IMG/VR virus record: IMGVR_UViG_2519103024_000002
Length of the DNA: 43,394 nt
Direction: 5' to 3' (one strand)
From: a virus
Lineage: Duplodnaviria; Heunggongvirae; Uroviricota; Caudoviricetes
This document shows positions 9,695 to 20,336 of the stretch, one piece after another. Below the pieces are notes generated by a model, which did not search any database, had not been told where the DNA came from, and worked only from the letters and a program-made list of their open reading frames with translations. Each line of letters begins with the position of its first letter. Positions within the stretch are counted from its first letter, which is position 1. The translations under genes were made by a program, and so were the position numbers.

Positions 9695-12252
9695 CGTCCA
9701 CCTCCGGAGAACAGACCACCATCGCGCATCTGTGCCTGGATTTCATCACGGGCACCCTTGCGGGCCATGTCATACACCGCCTTCATCATCTGTGGACCTG
9801 GCAGACCATTCGTACCGTCGTTCTGAATCACCACGTTGTTGTTCTGCTCAAACCTGATACCCTCTGAACGCCGCATTTGCGCCGGACTTCCGGTGCCACC
9901 GACATAACCGCCGGTGGCATAGCCGCGCATCAGCCGGTAGAGATTTCCCACGCCAATCCGGCTGGTTGCCTCCTTCGTGAAGACAAATTCACCACGGTGA
10001 ACAATCCCCGCTGGCTCATATTTGCCGCCGGTTCCCGTAAATCCTCCGGTTGCAAAATGGAGTTTCGCCGCAGCGGCCTGAATGGCTGTACCGCCTGACG
10101 CGGATGCGCCGCCACCAACAGCCCCGCCAATAGCGCTGCCGATACTCCCGACAATCCCCACCATTGCCTGCTTAAGCAGAATTTCTGTCATCATGGACAG
10201 CACGGAACGGGTGAAGCTGCGCCAGTTCTGTTCACTGCCGGTCAGCATCGCCGCCATATTCTGCGCAATACCATCAAAGGTCTGCGTGGCAGCACTTTTA
10301 ACCTGCGACATACTGTCCGTGGCACTCTCTTCCCACTCACTCCAGCCGGACTTCAGGCCTGCCATCCAGTTCCCGCGAAGCAGGTCTTCAGCCGCCCAGG
10401 TCTTTTTCTGCTCTGACATGACGTTATTCAGCGCCAGAGGATTATCGCCATACTGTTCCTTCAGGCGCTGTTCCGTGGCTTCCCGTTCTGCCTGCCGGTC
10501 AGTCAGCCCCCGGCTTTTCGCATCAATAGCGGCCCGTTTTGCCCGTTGCTGCTGTGCGAATTTATCCGCCTGCTGCGCCAGCGCGTTCAGGCGCTCCTGA
10601 TACGTAACCTTGTCGCCAAGTGCAGCCAGCTGGCGTTTGTACTCCAGCGTCTCATCTTTATGCGCCAGCAGGGATTTCTCCTGTGCAGACAGCTGGCGAC
10701 GTTGCGCCGCCTCCTCCAGTACCGCGAACTGACTCTCCGCCTTCCACAAATCCCGGCGCTGCTGGCTGATTTTCTCATTTGCTCCGGCATGCTTCTCCAG
10801 CGTCCGGAGTTCAGCCTGAAGCGTCAGCAGGGCAGCATGAGCACTGTCTTCCTGACGATCGCCCGCAGACACCTTCACGCCGGACTGTTTCGGCTTTTTC
10901 AGCGTCGCTTCATAATCCTTTTTCGCCGCCGCCATCAGCGTGTTGTAATCTGCCTGCAGGATTTTCCCGTCTTTCAGTGCCTTGTTCAGTTCTTCCTGAC
11001 GGGCGGTATATTTCTCCAGCGGTGTCTGCAGCCGTTCGTAAGCCTTCTGCGCCTCTTCGGTATATTTCAGCCGTGATGCTTCGGTATCGCTCTGCTGCTG
11101 CGCATTTTTGTCCTGTTGACTCTGCTGTTCAGCCTTCTTTCGGGCGGCTTCAAGCGCAAGACGGGCCTTTTCACGATCATCCCAGTAACGCGCCCGCGCT
11201 TCATCGTTAACAAAATAATCATCCTTGCGCAGATTCCAGATGTCGTCCGCTTTCTTAAACGCAGCCTCTGCCTTAATCAGCATCTCCTGAGCGGTATCAG
11301 GACGACCAATATCCAGCACCGCATCCCACATGGATTTGAATGCCCGTGCTGTCCTGTCTGCCCAGGTTTCCAGCGTGCCCATGTTCTCTTTCAGGCGTCG
11401 GGTCTGGTCATCAAACCCTTTCGTTGCGGCCTCGTTCGCCGCCTGCAATGCCCCGGATTCATCGCCGGAACGCTGCAACTGAGCAACATACGCAATCTGC
11501 TCCGCCGTTACGTTATGGAACTGGCGCGCCATCGCCGTCAGCCCCGACGTCGGGTCAGTGGTCAGCTTCCCGAAGGCTTCAGCGACCTTGTCCACCTCCA
11601 CGCCGGATGCAGAGGAGAAACGCGCCACACTCTGGCTGATGGATGCAATCTGAGCCTCACCGCTTACTCCCGCCTTAACCAGTGCGCTGAGTGACTCGCT
11701 GGTCTGGTTAAACGTCAGCCCTGCCGCCTGCCCGGCTCTGGACAGGACCAGCATACGATCTGCCGTCAGACCCGACTGATTGCCGGAAAGGACCAGCGTT
11801 TTGTTGAAATCGGACAGGGTTGAGTTACCCTGATACCAGGCATACGCCAGCGCACCGGTCGCCACCGCCAGCGAGGTGGCCCCGACCATCGGCAGGGTGA
11901 TCGCACCGGCAAGCCCCCGGAACATGGGGATCATCCCGCCGAAGGAGTCCTTAACCTGACCACCCTGTTGCAGCAGGATCAGCCACGGGCTTTGCCCGCC
12001 TGCAAGCTGCGTGGCCACGTCGGTGAACTGTGCAGGCAGCATACGCATGGCGGCTTTATACTGCCCGACGGAAATCCCCGCTTTCTGTGCAGCCAGCGCC
12101 TGTCGGCTCAGCGACTGTTCAACGACTGCCGCTGTTTTTTTCGCATCACTTTCCGTACCGGAAAAATGACGCCTGACTCTGGCCATCTGCTCGTCAAATC
12201 TGGCCGCATCCAGACTTAAATCAACGACCAGATCGCCTACCGGTTCAGCCAT
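9691..12252 (-). CDS. H: tail tape measure protein H
   Basis: 853 aa, MAEPVGDLVVDLSLDAARFDEQMARVRRHFSG... near-identical to lambda gpH as remembered; same length. Confidence 0.95.
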   Translation of the reverse strand: MAEPVGDLVVDLSLDAARFDEQMARVRRHFSGTESDAKKTAAVVEQSLSRQALAAQKAGISVGQYKAAMRMLPAQFTDVATQLAGGQSPWLILLQQGGQVKDSFGGMIPMFRGLAGAITLPMVGATSLAVATGALAYAWYQGNSTLSDFNKTLVLSGNQSGLTADRMLVLSRAGQAAGLTFNQTSESLSALVKAGVSGEAQIASISQSVARFSSASGVEVDKVAEAFGKLTTDPTSGLTAMARQFHNVTAEQIAYVAQLQRSGDESGALQAANEAATKGFDDQTRRLKENMGTLETWADRTARAFKSMWDAVLDIGRPDTAQEMLIKAEAAFKKADDIWNLRKDDYFVNDEARARYWDDREKARLALEAARKKAEQQSQQDKNAQQQSDTEASRLKYTEEAQKAYERLQTPLEKYTARQEELNKALKDGKILQADYNTLMAAAKKDYEATLKKPKQSGVKVSAGDRQEDSAHAALLTLQAELRTLEKHAGANEKISQQRRDLWKAESQFAVLEEAAQRRQLSAQEKSLLAHKDETLEYKRQLAALGDKVTYQERLNALAQQADKFAQQQRAKRAAIDAKSRGLTDRQAEREATEQRLKEQYGDNPLALNNVMSEQKKTWAAEDLLRGNWMAGLKSGWSEWEESATDSMSQVKSAATQTFDGIAQNMAAMLTGSEQNWRSFTRSVLSMMTEILLKQAMVGIVGSIGSAIGGAVGGGASASGGTAIQAAAAKLHFATGGFTGTGGKYEPAGIVHRGEFVFTKEATSRIGVGNLYRLMRGYATGGYVGGTGSPAQMRRSEGIRFEQNNNVVIQNDGTNGLPGPQMMKAVYDMARKGARDEIQAQMRDGGLFSGGGR

Positions 12253-12695
12253 ACCGGACTCCTCCTGCGATCCCTTCTGATACTGTCATCAGCATTACGT
12301 CATCCTCCGTCATGCCCGCCATATCCGGGGAAGCGGGGATAACTTCATTTCCGTCCGGGTCAAAGCGGACGCCTCCGGTAAGCCCTGCCGCTTTCTGCAT
12401 CAGCACATCATCTTCAGGCTCTTCGTCATCCTCACGCCGGTTCAGCAAACTGAAATCCAGCGGATGCATATCCGGATCGCTGAAAAACAGGCTGAGCACA
12501 GTGTACGTCAGCCCGGAAAAGTGCATATTCAGCAGAACATCATGAAAATAATGGGTACTGTAAAAGCGGTGCCAGTCGGCATACTCCGTGGATGACATCC
12601 CGGCAAGCATGGCGCGCCAGTCAGGTCGCCCCATCTCTCGCGCCAGTTTCAGGGCAAAACTCAGCTCACCGTCGAACACTTTCCCGCAGAAACAG
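12245..12695 (-). CDS. T: T segment of the G-T tail assembly chaperone, expressed by -1 programmed frameshift from G
   Basis: Frame -1 relative to G, open from the slip site: GKVFDGELSFALKLAREMGRPDWRAMLAGMSSTEYADWHRFY...; no independent ATG or SD; classic lambda G-T arrangement; coordinates approximate at the 5' side. Confidence 0.85.
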
Positions 12696-13083
12696 GCTCT
12701 GCAGGCCCGGAGTCCTCTGCCTGGTCAGGGGCATCATTCACCACAAACCCATACATACCGGACAGCCGGTACACCACGTTTTCAGCATGAGAAATTGCCT
12801 CCGCGGGCCAGGTGGTAAGCACTTCCTGCTCAATCTGTTTAACGGCTTCATTCATGGAAGGCTGCTTTGTCTTCTGCGGATGGTTATGCCACAGGGACAT
12901 CGCCACCACAAAAGCACCGGTTCTGATGGCGTCTTCCACAGTAACCTGCCGGTTGCTGTCTGACTCCGCCTGTTCTGCCTGCTGTTTCATCAGGGCGAGA
13001 TGCTCAATACGCTGCAGGGCTGACAGTTCAGAAAGCGTGACGGTCACGCCGTTATGTTCAAATGATTCGGTTTTCAGGAACAT
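12661..13083 (-). CDS. G: tail assembly chaperone G
   Basis: 140 aa, MFLKTESFEHNGVTVTLSELSALQRIEHLALMKQQ... lambda gpG; ends ...PVSAGKCSTVS with slippery heptamer near the 3' end. Confidence 0.9.
   Translation of the reverse strand: MFLKTESFEHNGVTVTLSELSALQRIEHLALMKQQAEQAESDSNRQVTVEDAIRTGAFVVAMSLWHNHPQKTKQPSMNEAVKQIEQEVLTTWPAEAISHAENVVYRLSGMYGFVVNDAPDQAEDSGPAEPVSAGKCSTVS
12679..12685 (-). other. programmed -1 ribosomal frameshift slippery heptamer G GGA AAG (G to G-T)
   Basis: Heptamer GGGAAAG read directly on the minus strand, in G frame as G-GGA-AAG, 6 codons before the G stop; the -1 frame continues as T. Confidence 0.85.
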
Positions 13084-13098
13084 CGCTGACTCTCCGGA

Positions 13099-13839
13099 TT
13101 AACTGTCGGTGACAGTGATTTCTGCAACCGCAGCAAGTTCACCATTACCGGATACAACCGGAATGTTGACCTTGCCTGCAGCAACGCCGTTCACGGTGAT
13201 GGTCATACCACTGACCGACACGGTGGCTTTTGTTTTATCCGCTGACACCGCACGGAAGCTCTTGTCAGTTGCGCCCTCCGGCTGGAAGGCCACGGTCAGC
13301 GTGGTGCTCTGCCCTTTCACCACCGAGGAGCTGGCAGGCGTCACGGTCATACCGGTTGCCGCCGTCACCGTACTGCGATCTTCTGCCATTGACGGACGGC
13401 CCACATTGGTGACCTTCACCGTACGGGTGATCACTTCCTTCGCCGTCACCGCCTTACCGATACTGCTGACCCAGCCACGGAACACATCGACCGTGCCGTT
13501 CGGGAAGCGGATTTTATAGGCACGGGTATCACCTTCATTAAACCACGCCAGCAGCGCCTGCTGCCCCTGCTCTCCGGGCATCCACGCCAGCGTGAAGCTG
13601 GTATCTCCGGCGGATTTCTGCCCCTGCCCGGTCGCGGTCCAGTCCGCATCTTCATCATCGAGATAACTGTCGTCATAGGACTCAGCGGTCAGTTCGCCGG
13701 GCGTCAGGTCTTTAATTTTTGCCAGACGCGACCAGTCATTGTCTGAAAGCGGGTTTGCATAAGGGTCGCCGCTCCCGTTATAAACCCACAGTGTGGTCCC
13801 GGCCCCTTTCACCGGTGCCAGAGGATTTGGTGTTGGCAT
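13099..13839 (-). CDS. V: major tail tube protein V with C-terminal Ig-like domain
   Basis: [33 protein letters not shown]... matches lambda gpV; C-terminal ...[44 protein letters not shown] is Ig-like; ORF track start 13869 is probably upstream of the true ATG. Confidence 0.9.
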   Translation of the reverse strand: MPTPNPLAPVKGAGTTLWVYNGSGDPYANPLSDNDWSRLAKIKDLTPGELTAESYDDSYLDDEDADWTATGQGQKSAGDTSFTLAWMPGEQGQQALLAWFNEGDTRAYKIRFPNGTVDVFRGWVSSIGKAVTAKEVITRTVKVTNVGRPSMAEDRSTVTAATGMTVTPASSSVVKGQSTTLTVAFQPEGATDKSFRAVSADKTKATVSVSGMTITVNGVAAGKVNIPVVSGNGELAAVAEITVTDS

Positions 13840-13846
13840 ATCGTCC

Positions 13847-14242
13847 TCACATTTCATAGGTAATGACATAAGTCAGATCGGCTGAACTCCACAGGCCCGC
13901 ATCATCGTCGCGCCGGTAGTCATAGCCACTGGCCACCATACTGGTGATCAAATCTGACAGTGCCGGGATATCGCTCATCACCGGATAAATCCGGGACTCC
14001 ATCCACGAATCCAGCTCTGAATCCGGCACCTGAGCAGGCAGGAAAACTTCAATATGCAGCTCCGCCTGCCAGGTATCGCTGTCCAGCTCTTCGCCCGTGT
14101 ATTCAGCGCCGGTGAGATAAACGGCAATTGCCGGAAAATCTTCCTCATCAAAAACAGCAGGGCGACCATCAAAAAGCGTCGCCCCGGTGTCATGCTTCTC
14201 CAGTGCATCCAGTACGGCTGCACGGAGTTCAGTATGTTTCAT
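13847..14242 (-). CDS. U: tail terminator protein U
   Basis: 131 aa, [51 protein letters not shown]... lambda gpU. Confidence 0.9.
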   Translation of the reverse strand: MKHTELRAAVLDALEKHDTGATLFDGRPAVFDEEDFPAIAVYLTGAEYTGEELDSDTWQAELHIEVFLPAQVPDSELDSWMESRIYPVMSDIPALSDLITSMVASGYDYRRDDDAGLWSSADLTYVITYEM

Positions 14243-14817
14243 CGCTTTATTACCATTCTCAGTTGATGCTGCAGCGCATAGCCCAGCTCTTTCGGAAGAC
14301 GCTCACGCCGTATCCGCTCAATATTCTGTTTAAACGCCGTGGTCAGCGGCACCGCCATCGGGATTTTCACCACATCAATGGGGTAACGGTTTTTCCCGGC
14401 CACACGCTGCATGACATGCCACCGGCCATTTTTCAGTTGCTGAATAAACGCGCCGGGAATACGACGGTTTCCCACCACAAGCACGCTGCCGCCACCTTTC
14501 AGGGATGAACGCTGCCCCTTTTTACGACGCCTGCGTCGGGACAGGACAACCCGCGCGTTACCCAGCCTGATTACGGGCAAATCCCCCCGGTTAACTTTGA
14601 TTCTGGCCTGCGGATTTTTGACCGTGGCCCTTTTCAGCCTGGCCCTTTCCTTTACCAGTTTCCGGCGTACCTTTGTCTCACGGGCAACCAGTGACGCCGA
14701 CTGCGATATCGCGGATGAAGCAACGCGGTTAATGGCCATTGCGGCGGCACCAGGCACTGCCGTTTTGCTGATACGGCTGAGGTTTTCAACGGCCTGCTCA
14801 AGACCTTTTATGGCCAT
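14239..14817 (-). CDS. Z: tail completion protein Z
   Basis: From internal ATG: MAIKGLEQAVENLSRISKTAVPGAAAMAINRVASSAISQSAS... lambda gpZ (192 aa). Confidence 0.9.
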   Translation of the reverse strand: MAIKGLEQAVENLSRISKTAVPGAAAMAINRVASSAISQSASLVARETKVRRKLVKERARLKRATVKNPQARIKVNRGDLPVIRLGNARVVLSRRRRRKKGQRSSLKGGGSVLVVGNRRIPGAFIQQLKNGRWHVMQRVAGKNRYPIDVVKIPMAVPLTTAFKQNIERIRRERLPKELGYALQHQLRMVIKR

Positions 14818-14828
14818 ACATCCCCCTT

Positions 14829-15182
14829 TCAGCGGCGACGGCTGGCGGCAGGTGGTTGCCCCCGGTTGAGCCAGAGATAACAACTCCCTCCGTCATCCGG
14901 AGAAACACGGTCCACCCAGAACATCTCGCCGTTAATGGTCAGCGTGTCACCACGCCGTACAGCACAAACCGTATCCGTAAGCACAAATAATGACGGGTTA
15001 CTTCCTTCAATACGGATCCCACTACTGGCAAAACCCAGCGACTCCGGATCGTCAAAAACGCCATGAACCTCGCCGCCACGCTGTGCACCGGAGGTGAACT
15101 GCGCACTGATGCCCATCACTTCAACAATCGTACTGTCCACCCCGGCAAGGGCGGCATCAAAGGCATTCTGAAAATCACGCAT
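14829..15182 (-). CDS. FII: head-tail connector protein FII
   Basis: MRDFQNAFDAALAGVDSTIVEVMGISAQFTSGAQRGGEVHGVFDDPE...VDRVSPDDGGSCYLWLNRGQPPAASRRR lambda gpFII. Confidence 0.9.
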   Translation of the reverse strand: MRDFQNAFDAALAGVDSTIVEVMGISAQFTSGAQRGGEVHGVFDDPESLGFASSGIRIEGSNPSLFVLTDTVCAVRRGDTLTINGEMFWVDRVSPDDGGSCYLWLNRGQPPAASRRR

Positions 15183-15549
15183 AAACAGCCATTCCACCAT
15201 CAACGTGTGTTTTTGCATCTGAGGACATAATCAGAATCACCCGACCAACATCCGCAAGCTCAACGGATTCCCCCGTTTCACCATCAACGCCACAGAGATG
15301 GAGGCAGGTCAGAACTCTGATGCGCGTTAACGCGCCGGATGTTTCCTCACGAACATCATGAGCCGCGGTTTCCCGCTCCCGGATATCCATATTCATAACC
15401 TGTACATCATCGCCGGATGACTGCATTTCCTCTTCCCATTCTGCCACCCGCTGCGCTATCTCTGCGGCACTCCCGGATATATCCGGCTCACGCCCCAGAA
15501 TCAGGGCCAGTTCATCAAGCCGTTTCAGATTTTGCTCTTTCGTTGCCAT
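15175..15549 (-). CDS. FI: DNA packaging protein FI
   Basis: MATKEQNLKRLDELALILGREPDISGSAAEIAQRVAEWEEEMQ... lambda gpFI-like; ATG at 15549 preceded by a GGGGG Shine-Dalgarno-like stretch. Confidence 0.85.
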   Translation of the reverse strand: MATKEQNLKRLDELALILGREPDISGSAAEIAQRVAEWEEEMQSSGDDVQVMNMDIRERETAAHDVREETSGALTRIRVLTCLHLCGVDGETGESVELADVGRVILIMSSDAKTHVDGGMAVYA

Positions 15550-15561
15550 ATCAGCCCCCTG

Positions 15562-15592
15562 TGAAAAAAGACACGGGGGCATTTCGCCCCCG
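15562..15592 (-). terminator. intrinsic terminator-like hairpin between E and FI
   Basis: Minus strand reads CGGGGGC-GAAAT-GCCCCCG followed by TGTCTTTTTTC; lies in the 51-nt gap between the E stop and FI start. Confidence 0.6.
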
Positions 15593-15600
15593 CTCACGGA

Positions 15601-16629
15601 TTATTTCACCTGTACCACCACAAACTCATCCGGGTCCGGCAACACCATCAGCGGCGCGGACTGCGTCATGGTAAATTCACGGGCGGGATCCCCTACCGTC
15701 AGCCAGTGTTTCGGATAACGGGAAGAGGCCACCACACCTTCGGACAACGCCTGAGCATCCTGAATGGCACCGTAACAACGGATCCCATCTGCAGCAGTAT
15801 TCCCCAGAACCAGCATGCCATCTGGAAGATAACGTTTTTCGGTACCGTCTTCTGCTATATAAGACGTTTTCGCCACCACAATGGCCAGATCGCCGTAATA
15901 CCCCTTGAAGGACACCACTGCGCCCAGATCTTTCACTGCCGTTTCGAGTTGAGAATTTGAACCGCGACGGGTATCCAGTTTTTCGCGGAACAGCTTAAAA
16001 CCATTCAGAAGACGCCAGACGGTACCGTCCATAATGGCAATATTCACAAGACCGCTGGCCAGGTCGCAGTAGAGGTCAATATCATGTGTAGGATCGAACG
16101 TGTCACGATCCTGTTTTGACCACTCCTTACCACTACCCTGAGTGATGTTATTCTTCGTCGACCTGCCAAAATCGACCTCAATTTTCTCGAACTGGTCTCC
16201 TTCCATGGTGTATTTGCCATACAACACAGCATTTACCGCCTGCATTTCTTCCACCTGGACAATCGCGTGCTCTTCCTGTTTGAGGTTATCGGTAATGATA
16301 CGCAGACGGCGGTAAGCCGGATCATTCAGTTGAGATGGATCTTCACCAGGAAGGCGCTCAACCGCCTGCTGGTAATTAAATTCGTGTTTCGGCTTGACGT
16401 AGCCCGGACGCAACACGCGGGTTTCACCACCACGATGACGCAGCACTTTTCCTTCAACAACCGGGGAGACATAGGCCGCCACCGGCGTTTTTCCGGTAAT
16501 TTTGTCCAGCATCACCTCTTCGGTATGGAAATTCACCGTACGGCGGAAAAACAGCTCCAGAAACAGCGCACGAAATTTAACTTTTTGTTCGGTATAACCG
16601 AGTAACTGGCGGGTCGTAAACAATCCCAT
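15601..16629 (-). CDS. E: major capsid protein E
   Basis: 342 aa, ...PGYVKPKHE...EEMQAVNAVLYGKYTM...KLDTRRGSNSQLETAVKDLG...TQSAPLMVLPDPDEFVVVQ lambda gpE. Confidence 0.95.
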   Translation of the reverse strand: MGLFTTRQLLGYTEQKVKFRALFLELFFRRTVNFHTEEVMLDKITGKTPVAAYVSPVVEGKVLRHRGGETRVLRPGYVKPKHEFNYQQAVERLPGEDPSQLNDPAYRRLRIITDNLKQEEHAIVQVEEMQAVNAVLYGKYTMEGDQFEKIEVDFGRSTKNNITQGSGKEWSKQDRDTFDPTHDIDLYCDLASGLVNIAIMDGTVWRLLNGFKLFREKLDTRRGSNSQLETAVKDLGAVVSFKGYYGDLAIVVAKTSYIAEDGTEKRYLPDGMLVLGNTAADGIRCYGAIQDAQALSEGVVASSRYPKHWLTVGDPAREFTMTQSAPLMVLPDPDEFVVVQVK

Positions 16630-16686
16630 AAATCAGTTCCTTTCATTCAGAAATCAGTCAGGCCACCGCGGTGGCCTGATAACGTG

Positions 16687-17034
16687 TTACGGCAGCGCCG
16701 CGTGACTCAGGGCACTGCCAGCAAAGGCGTTGGCCTTTTTGTGTTCATCCACACTTTCAGGCCAGTGGATTGCCTCCGTCGCAAAGGTTCCCGACTTGTA
16801 ATACGTCAGCGCCGTCTCTGTGCCTTCAAGCGGCAGTACCAGTATGCCAACCGCACTACCGGCTTTCTGTCCGTCCCAGACCACCAGTTTCCCGGTGGCT
16901 TCATCCAGCATCAGGGGCGTCAGTGCCGGTGTTGGCGAGGAAATCCCGCTGCTGCCTGTGGCGGTATGAGCCGGATCATTACCGGCAAAAATACGTACTT
17001 CCGCACGCTGTTCAGTGATGGTTTTCGTCACCAT
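16687..17034 (-). CDS. D: head decoration protein D
   Basis: 115 aa, ...NDPAHTATGSSG...TPLMLDEATGKLVVWDG...GILVLPLEG...YKSGTF... lambda gpD-like. Confidence 0.9.
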   Translation of the reverse strand: MVTKTITEQRAEVRIFAGNDPAHTATGSSGISSPTPALTPLMLDEATGKLVVWDGQKAGSAVGILVLPLEGTETALTYYKSGTFATEAIHWPESVDEHKKANAFAGSALSHAALP

Positions 17035-17070
17035 ATTGTAAAAACCTCCTATTGATGGTCAGCACTGACT

Positions 17071-17904
17071 TCATGGCATGGCCATGAGCATTTTCACGTC
17101 CGCATCACCGTCTGCTGACGTCTGTGCCACGCCACCCCGCACCGCTGCCGGTGAATGGTTCGCCATGAAATGTTCAAACATGGCGGTTGTGGATGCAGAG
17201 ACCGGTTCTGCCTTACCTGATCCCGCAGCCAGCACAGCCCGGGCGCTCTCCACTGTCATTCCCGGGCAGGCAGCCAGCTGTTCAGCCTGCGCCTCAGCCC
17301 CTTTTGCCTCATCCAGTGCCATGATCTGATCACGGAGTGATGGTCCGGCATCCGCCTGCGGTGAAGCAGCCAGGATCGGGCGGGCTTTTTCCACCGTCAT
17401 CTCCGGCATCGCCGCCAGCGTTGCCGCCAGTTGTTCACGACCGTTCGCTTCTTCACACACCATAATGCGATCGGCTTCACTCTGCGTGGATGCCACCGGC
17501 TGCTGCGGTGCCGCCGCGGCCAGAATCGCCCGGGCCTGTTCAACGCTCATGCCCTGTTGTCCTGCCAGCATCGTGGCAAGCTGTTCACGTCCTTTCGCTT
17601 CCTGGCATGTCAGGATCCCCATCACTCGCTGGTTCTCCTGCGCGGCGGCTTCCGTTGCAGTTAATTGCGGCATAGTGCCTCCTCTGACATTACTGTTCAG
17701 CGCCGTGGCCATCACACTGATGGCATCCGACGCATTGATTAATTCATCCGCCAGCCCGGCCTCAATGCCGGACTGACCTTCAAAAACGGCAGCCTCTGTT
17801 CCCGTGACGGCATCAACAGACAGACCGGTATACATCGCCACTTTTTCGGCAAACATCCGGCGCGCCGCATCAATCCGCTGCTGCATGTCCTGGCGAACCT
17901 GCCG
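17071..17904 (-). CDS. C: capsid assembly protease C / scaffold Nu3 (C-terminal ~278 aa; 5' part in N-run)
   Basis: ...VAMYTGLSVDAVTGTEAAVFEGQSGIEAGLADELINASDAISVMATA... then repeated Ala-rich scaffold segments ending ...DADVKMLMAMP; position between B and D. Confidence 0.85.
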   Translation of the reverse strand, partial: RQVRQDMQQRIDAARRMFAEKVAMYTGLSVDAVTGTEAAVFEGQSGIEAGLADELINASDAISVMATALNSNVRGGTMPQLTATEAAAQENQRVMGILTCQEAKGREQLATMLAGQQGMSVEQARAILAAAAPQQPVASTQSEADRIMVCEEANGREQLAATLAAMPEMTVEKARPILAASPQADAGPSLRDQIMALDEAKGAEAQAEQLAACPGMTVESARAVLAAGSGKAEPVSASTTAMFEHFMANHSPAAVRGGVAQTSADGDADVKMLMAMP

Positions 17905-18754
17905 NNNNNNNNNNNNNNNNNNNNNNNNNNNNNNNNNNNNNNNNNNNNNNNNNNNNNNNNNNNNNNNNNNNNNNNNNNNNNNNNNNNNNNNNNNNNNNNN
18001 NNNNNNNNNNNNNNNNNNNNNNNNNNNNNNNNNNNNNNNNNNNNNNNNNNNNNNNNNNNNNNNNNNNNNNNNNNNNNNNNNNNNNNNNNNNNNNNNNNNN
18101 NNNNNNNNNNNNNNNNNNNNNNNNNNNNNNNNNNNNNNNNNNNNNNNNNNNNNNNNNNNNNNNNNNNNNNNNNNNNNNNNNNNNNNNNNNNNNNNNNNNN
18201 NNNNNNNNNNNNNNNNNNNNNNNNNNNNNNNNNNNNNNNNNNNNNNNNNNNNNNNNNNNNNNNNNNNNNNNNNNNNNNNNNNNNNNNNNNNNNNNNNNNN
18301 NNNNNNNNNNNNNNNNNNNNNNNNNNNNNNNNNNNNNNNNNNNNNNNNNNNNNNNNNNNNNNNNNNNNNNNNNNNNNNNNNNNNNNNNNNNNNNNNNNNN
18401 NNNNNNNNNNNNNNNNNNNNNNNNNNNNNNNNNNNNNNNNNNNNNNNNNNNNNNNNNNNNNNNNNNNNNNNNNNNNNNNNNNNNNNNNNNNNNNNNNNNN
18501 NNNNNNNNNNNNNNNNNNNNNNNNNNNNNNNNNNNNNNNNNNNNNNNNNNNNNNNNNNNNNNNNNNNNNNNNNNNNNNNNNNNNNNNNNNNNNNNNNNNN
18601 NNNNNNNNNNNNNNNNNNNNNNNNNNNNNNNNNNNNNNNNNNNNNNNNNNNNNNNNNNNNNNNNNNNNNNNNNNNNNNNNNNNNNNNNNNNNNNNNNNNN
18701 NNNNNNNNNNNNNNNNNNNNNNNNNNNNNNNNNNNNNNNNNNNNNNNNNNNNNN

Positions 18755-20336
18755 GTGGTGTTGCCTCCTCTTCCGGCCTGCGACTCTCCGCTATCTGCTG
18801 CTGATACGCCTGCTCTATCCACACCGGACGTGAGAGTCCGGCTTTTTGCCGCTCAGCAGATTCCCTGACCTGCTGGCGGAAAATGTCCTGATAATCCTCG
18901 CCCATCAGCGCCAGCTCTTTCTCATACGTGCTCAGTCCGGCCTCAATGCGCATCACTGATTCCTGGACTTCCTTGAGCCCGTCAATGGCCATTCTTCCGG
19001 CACCAATCCACTCTGCCCGTGACCAGGCTGATCGCGCCTGATAAAAATCAAAACGTGCCCGTGGCGGACGAATAATCCCCCGAAGAAGTGCCTCTTCCAG
19101 CCAGCAGGAAAACATCTGCGTGGCCAGCCGGGCCGCAATAAATTTTCGCCGCCCCATAAAATAGCGCCACGACTCATTGGCGGAGGCGCGGGCACTTGAG
19201 TAACTGACCTTCGAGTAATCACGGGACAACTGTTCGTAGGAAACGCCAAGACCGGCGGCGATATACCGCAGCAGCGCCTGTTCAAGCGCAGAAAATCCAT
19301 TGTCTGAATCCTGCGCAGTCTGTAGTTTCAGATCATCACCAGGGAAAAGGTGCGGAATTTTGACACCGCCCAGTGTCACGTTATTCGTGTCATACCAGCT
19401 GGAAAACTTCTCCAGAATATTAATAAGCGGATTATCCTTCTGCTCCTGTGGCGCGCCGGCGATATATTCAAAGGCCTTTTCGGTATCAAGTTCACTTTCA
19501 ATCGTCGCTGCATACATCGCCTTCACTATGGCCGACTGAAGCTGTGTTGCCTGCAGGGAATCGAGCATCTTCAGCCGTTCCATGACGCTGTAAAACTGAT
19601 TAGCCCCACGGGTCTGCCCGTCCTCCACCGGCTCGAAAATATGCAGCATGGCCGGACGCCCGGTGGGAAGTTCACGCGGGATCCGTTCCCATCGTCCACT
19701 ACCAGAGAACGGAAAATCATCCTCACAGATATGGTACGCGACGGCACGGCCATATCGATCGACCTCCACACCGGCCCGCAGAAAACGGTTCCCCATACCG
19801 TGTCCAGGCGTGTCCACCCGTTTCGGACTCACGGCTTTAAAACGCGTACGGAATAACTGCGTGGTTTCCGTATCCCAGACCGGCTGCACAAAGATTTCGC
19901 CGTTAAACGCATGAACGCCCACACCTTCACGGATAAATTCCGTGAACGTGCGTTTTCCTTCCACGTCGATCTCGCCAAACATCCCTTCGGCGTATTCCGA
20001 CCAGGCCGCCTCCACCTCATCGACAAAGCTTTTTGCTGCGGTCTCCCGCATCCCCAGCCAGCGCCAGTTCGGACGGTAGCTGATCAGAAACATATGCCCG
20101 ACAATGTGATCCTTATGCAGAGCCACCGCATTAGCCGCTATTCCGTTATTGCGCACCAGATCATCTGCCCGGGCATTCCCCAGACGCAACGCGGGCAGCA
20201 GGGCCGCATCGGCACTCTGCGCCGGTGGCAACCACTCAGCCATTTGCCCGCCAAATCCTGCACCGCCCCCGTTGTAGCTGAGACTCTCACGAAGCGGAAC
20301 GCCGTTCACATCAATCAGGACAGGCGTTCGTTTCAT
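18755..20336 (-). CDS. B: portal protein B (first ~527 aa; 3' end in N-run)
   Basis: ATG at 20336: MKRTPVLIDVNGVPLRESLSYNGGGAGFGGQMAEWLPPAQSADAALLPALRLGNARADDLVRNNGIA... lambda gpB; runs to ...AESRRPEEEATP at the gap edge. Confidence 0.9.

Noticed and set aside
8746-9826. Plus-strand ORFs spanning the 8858-9391 N-run (8746-9396, 8780-9826, 8841-9461)
   Set aside because: Same artefact: open frames across Ns, antisense to L/M/H.
10082-11694. Several plus-strand ORFs (10082-10600, 10546-11076, 10779-11210, 11116-11694, 11340-11639) antisense to H
   Set aside because: Entirely within the tape-measure gene, which matches lambda gpH end to end; typical antisense open frames of GC-rich coding sequence.
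17804-18868. Plus-strand ORF 17804-18868, and the minus-strand ORFs 17739-20717 and 17071-18822 read as single genes
   Set aside because: The plus-strand ORF is an N-run artefact; the minus-strand ones are concatenations of real genes (B, C) across gaps, annotated here as separate partial genes instead.
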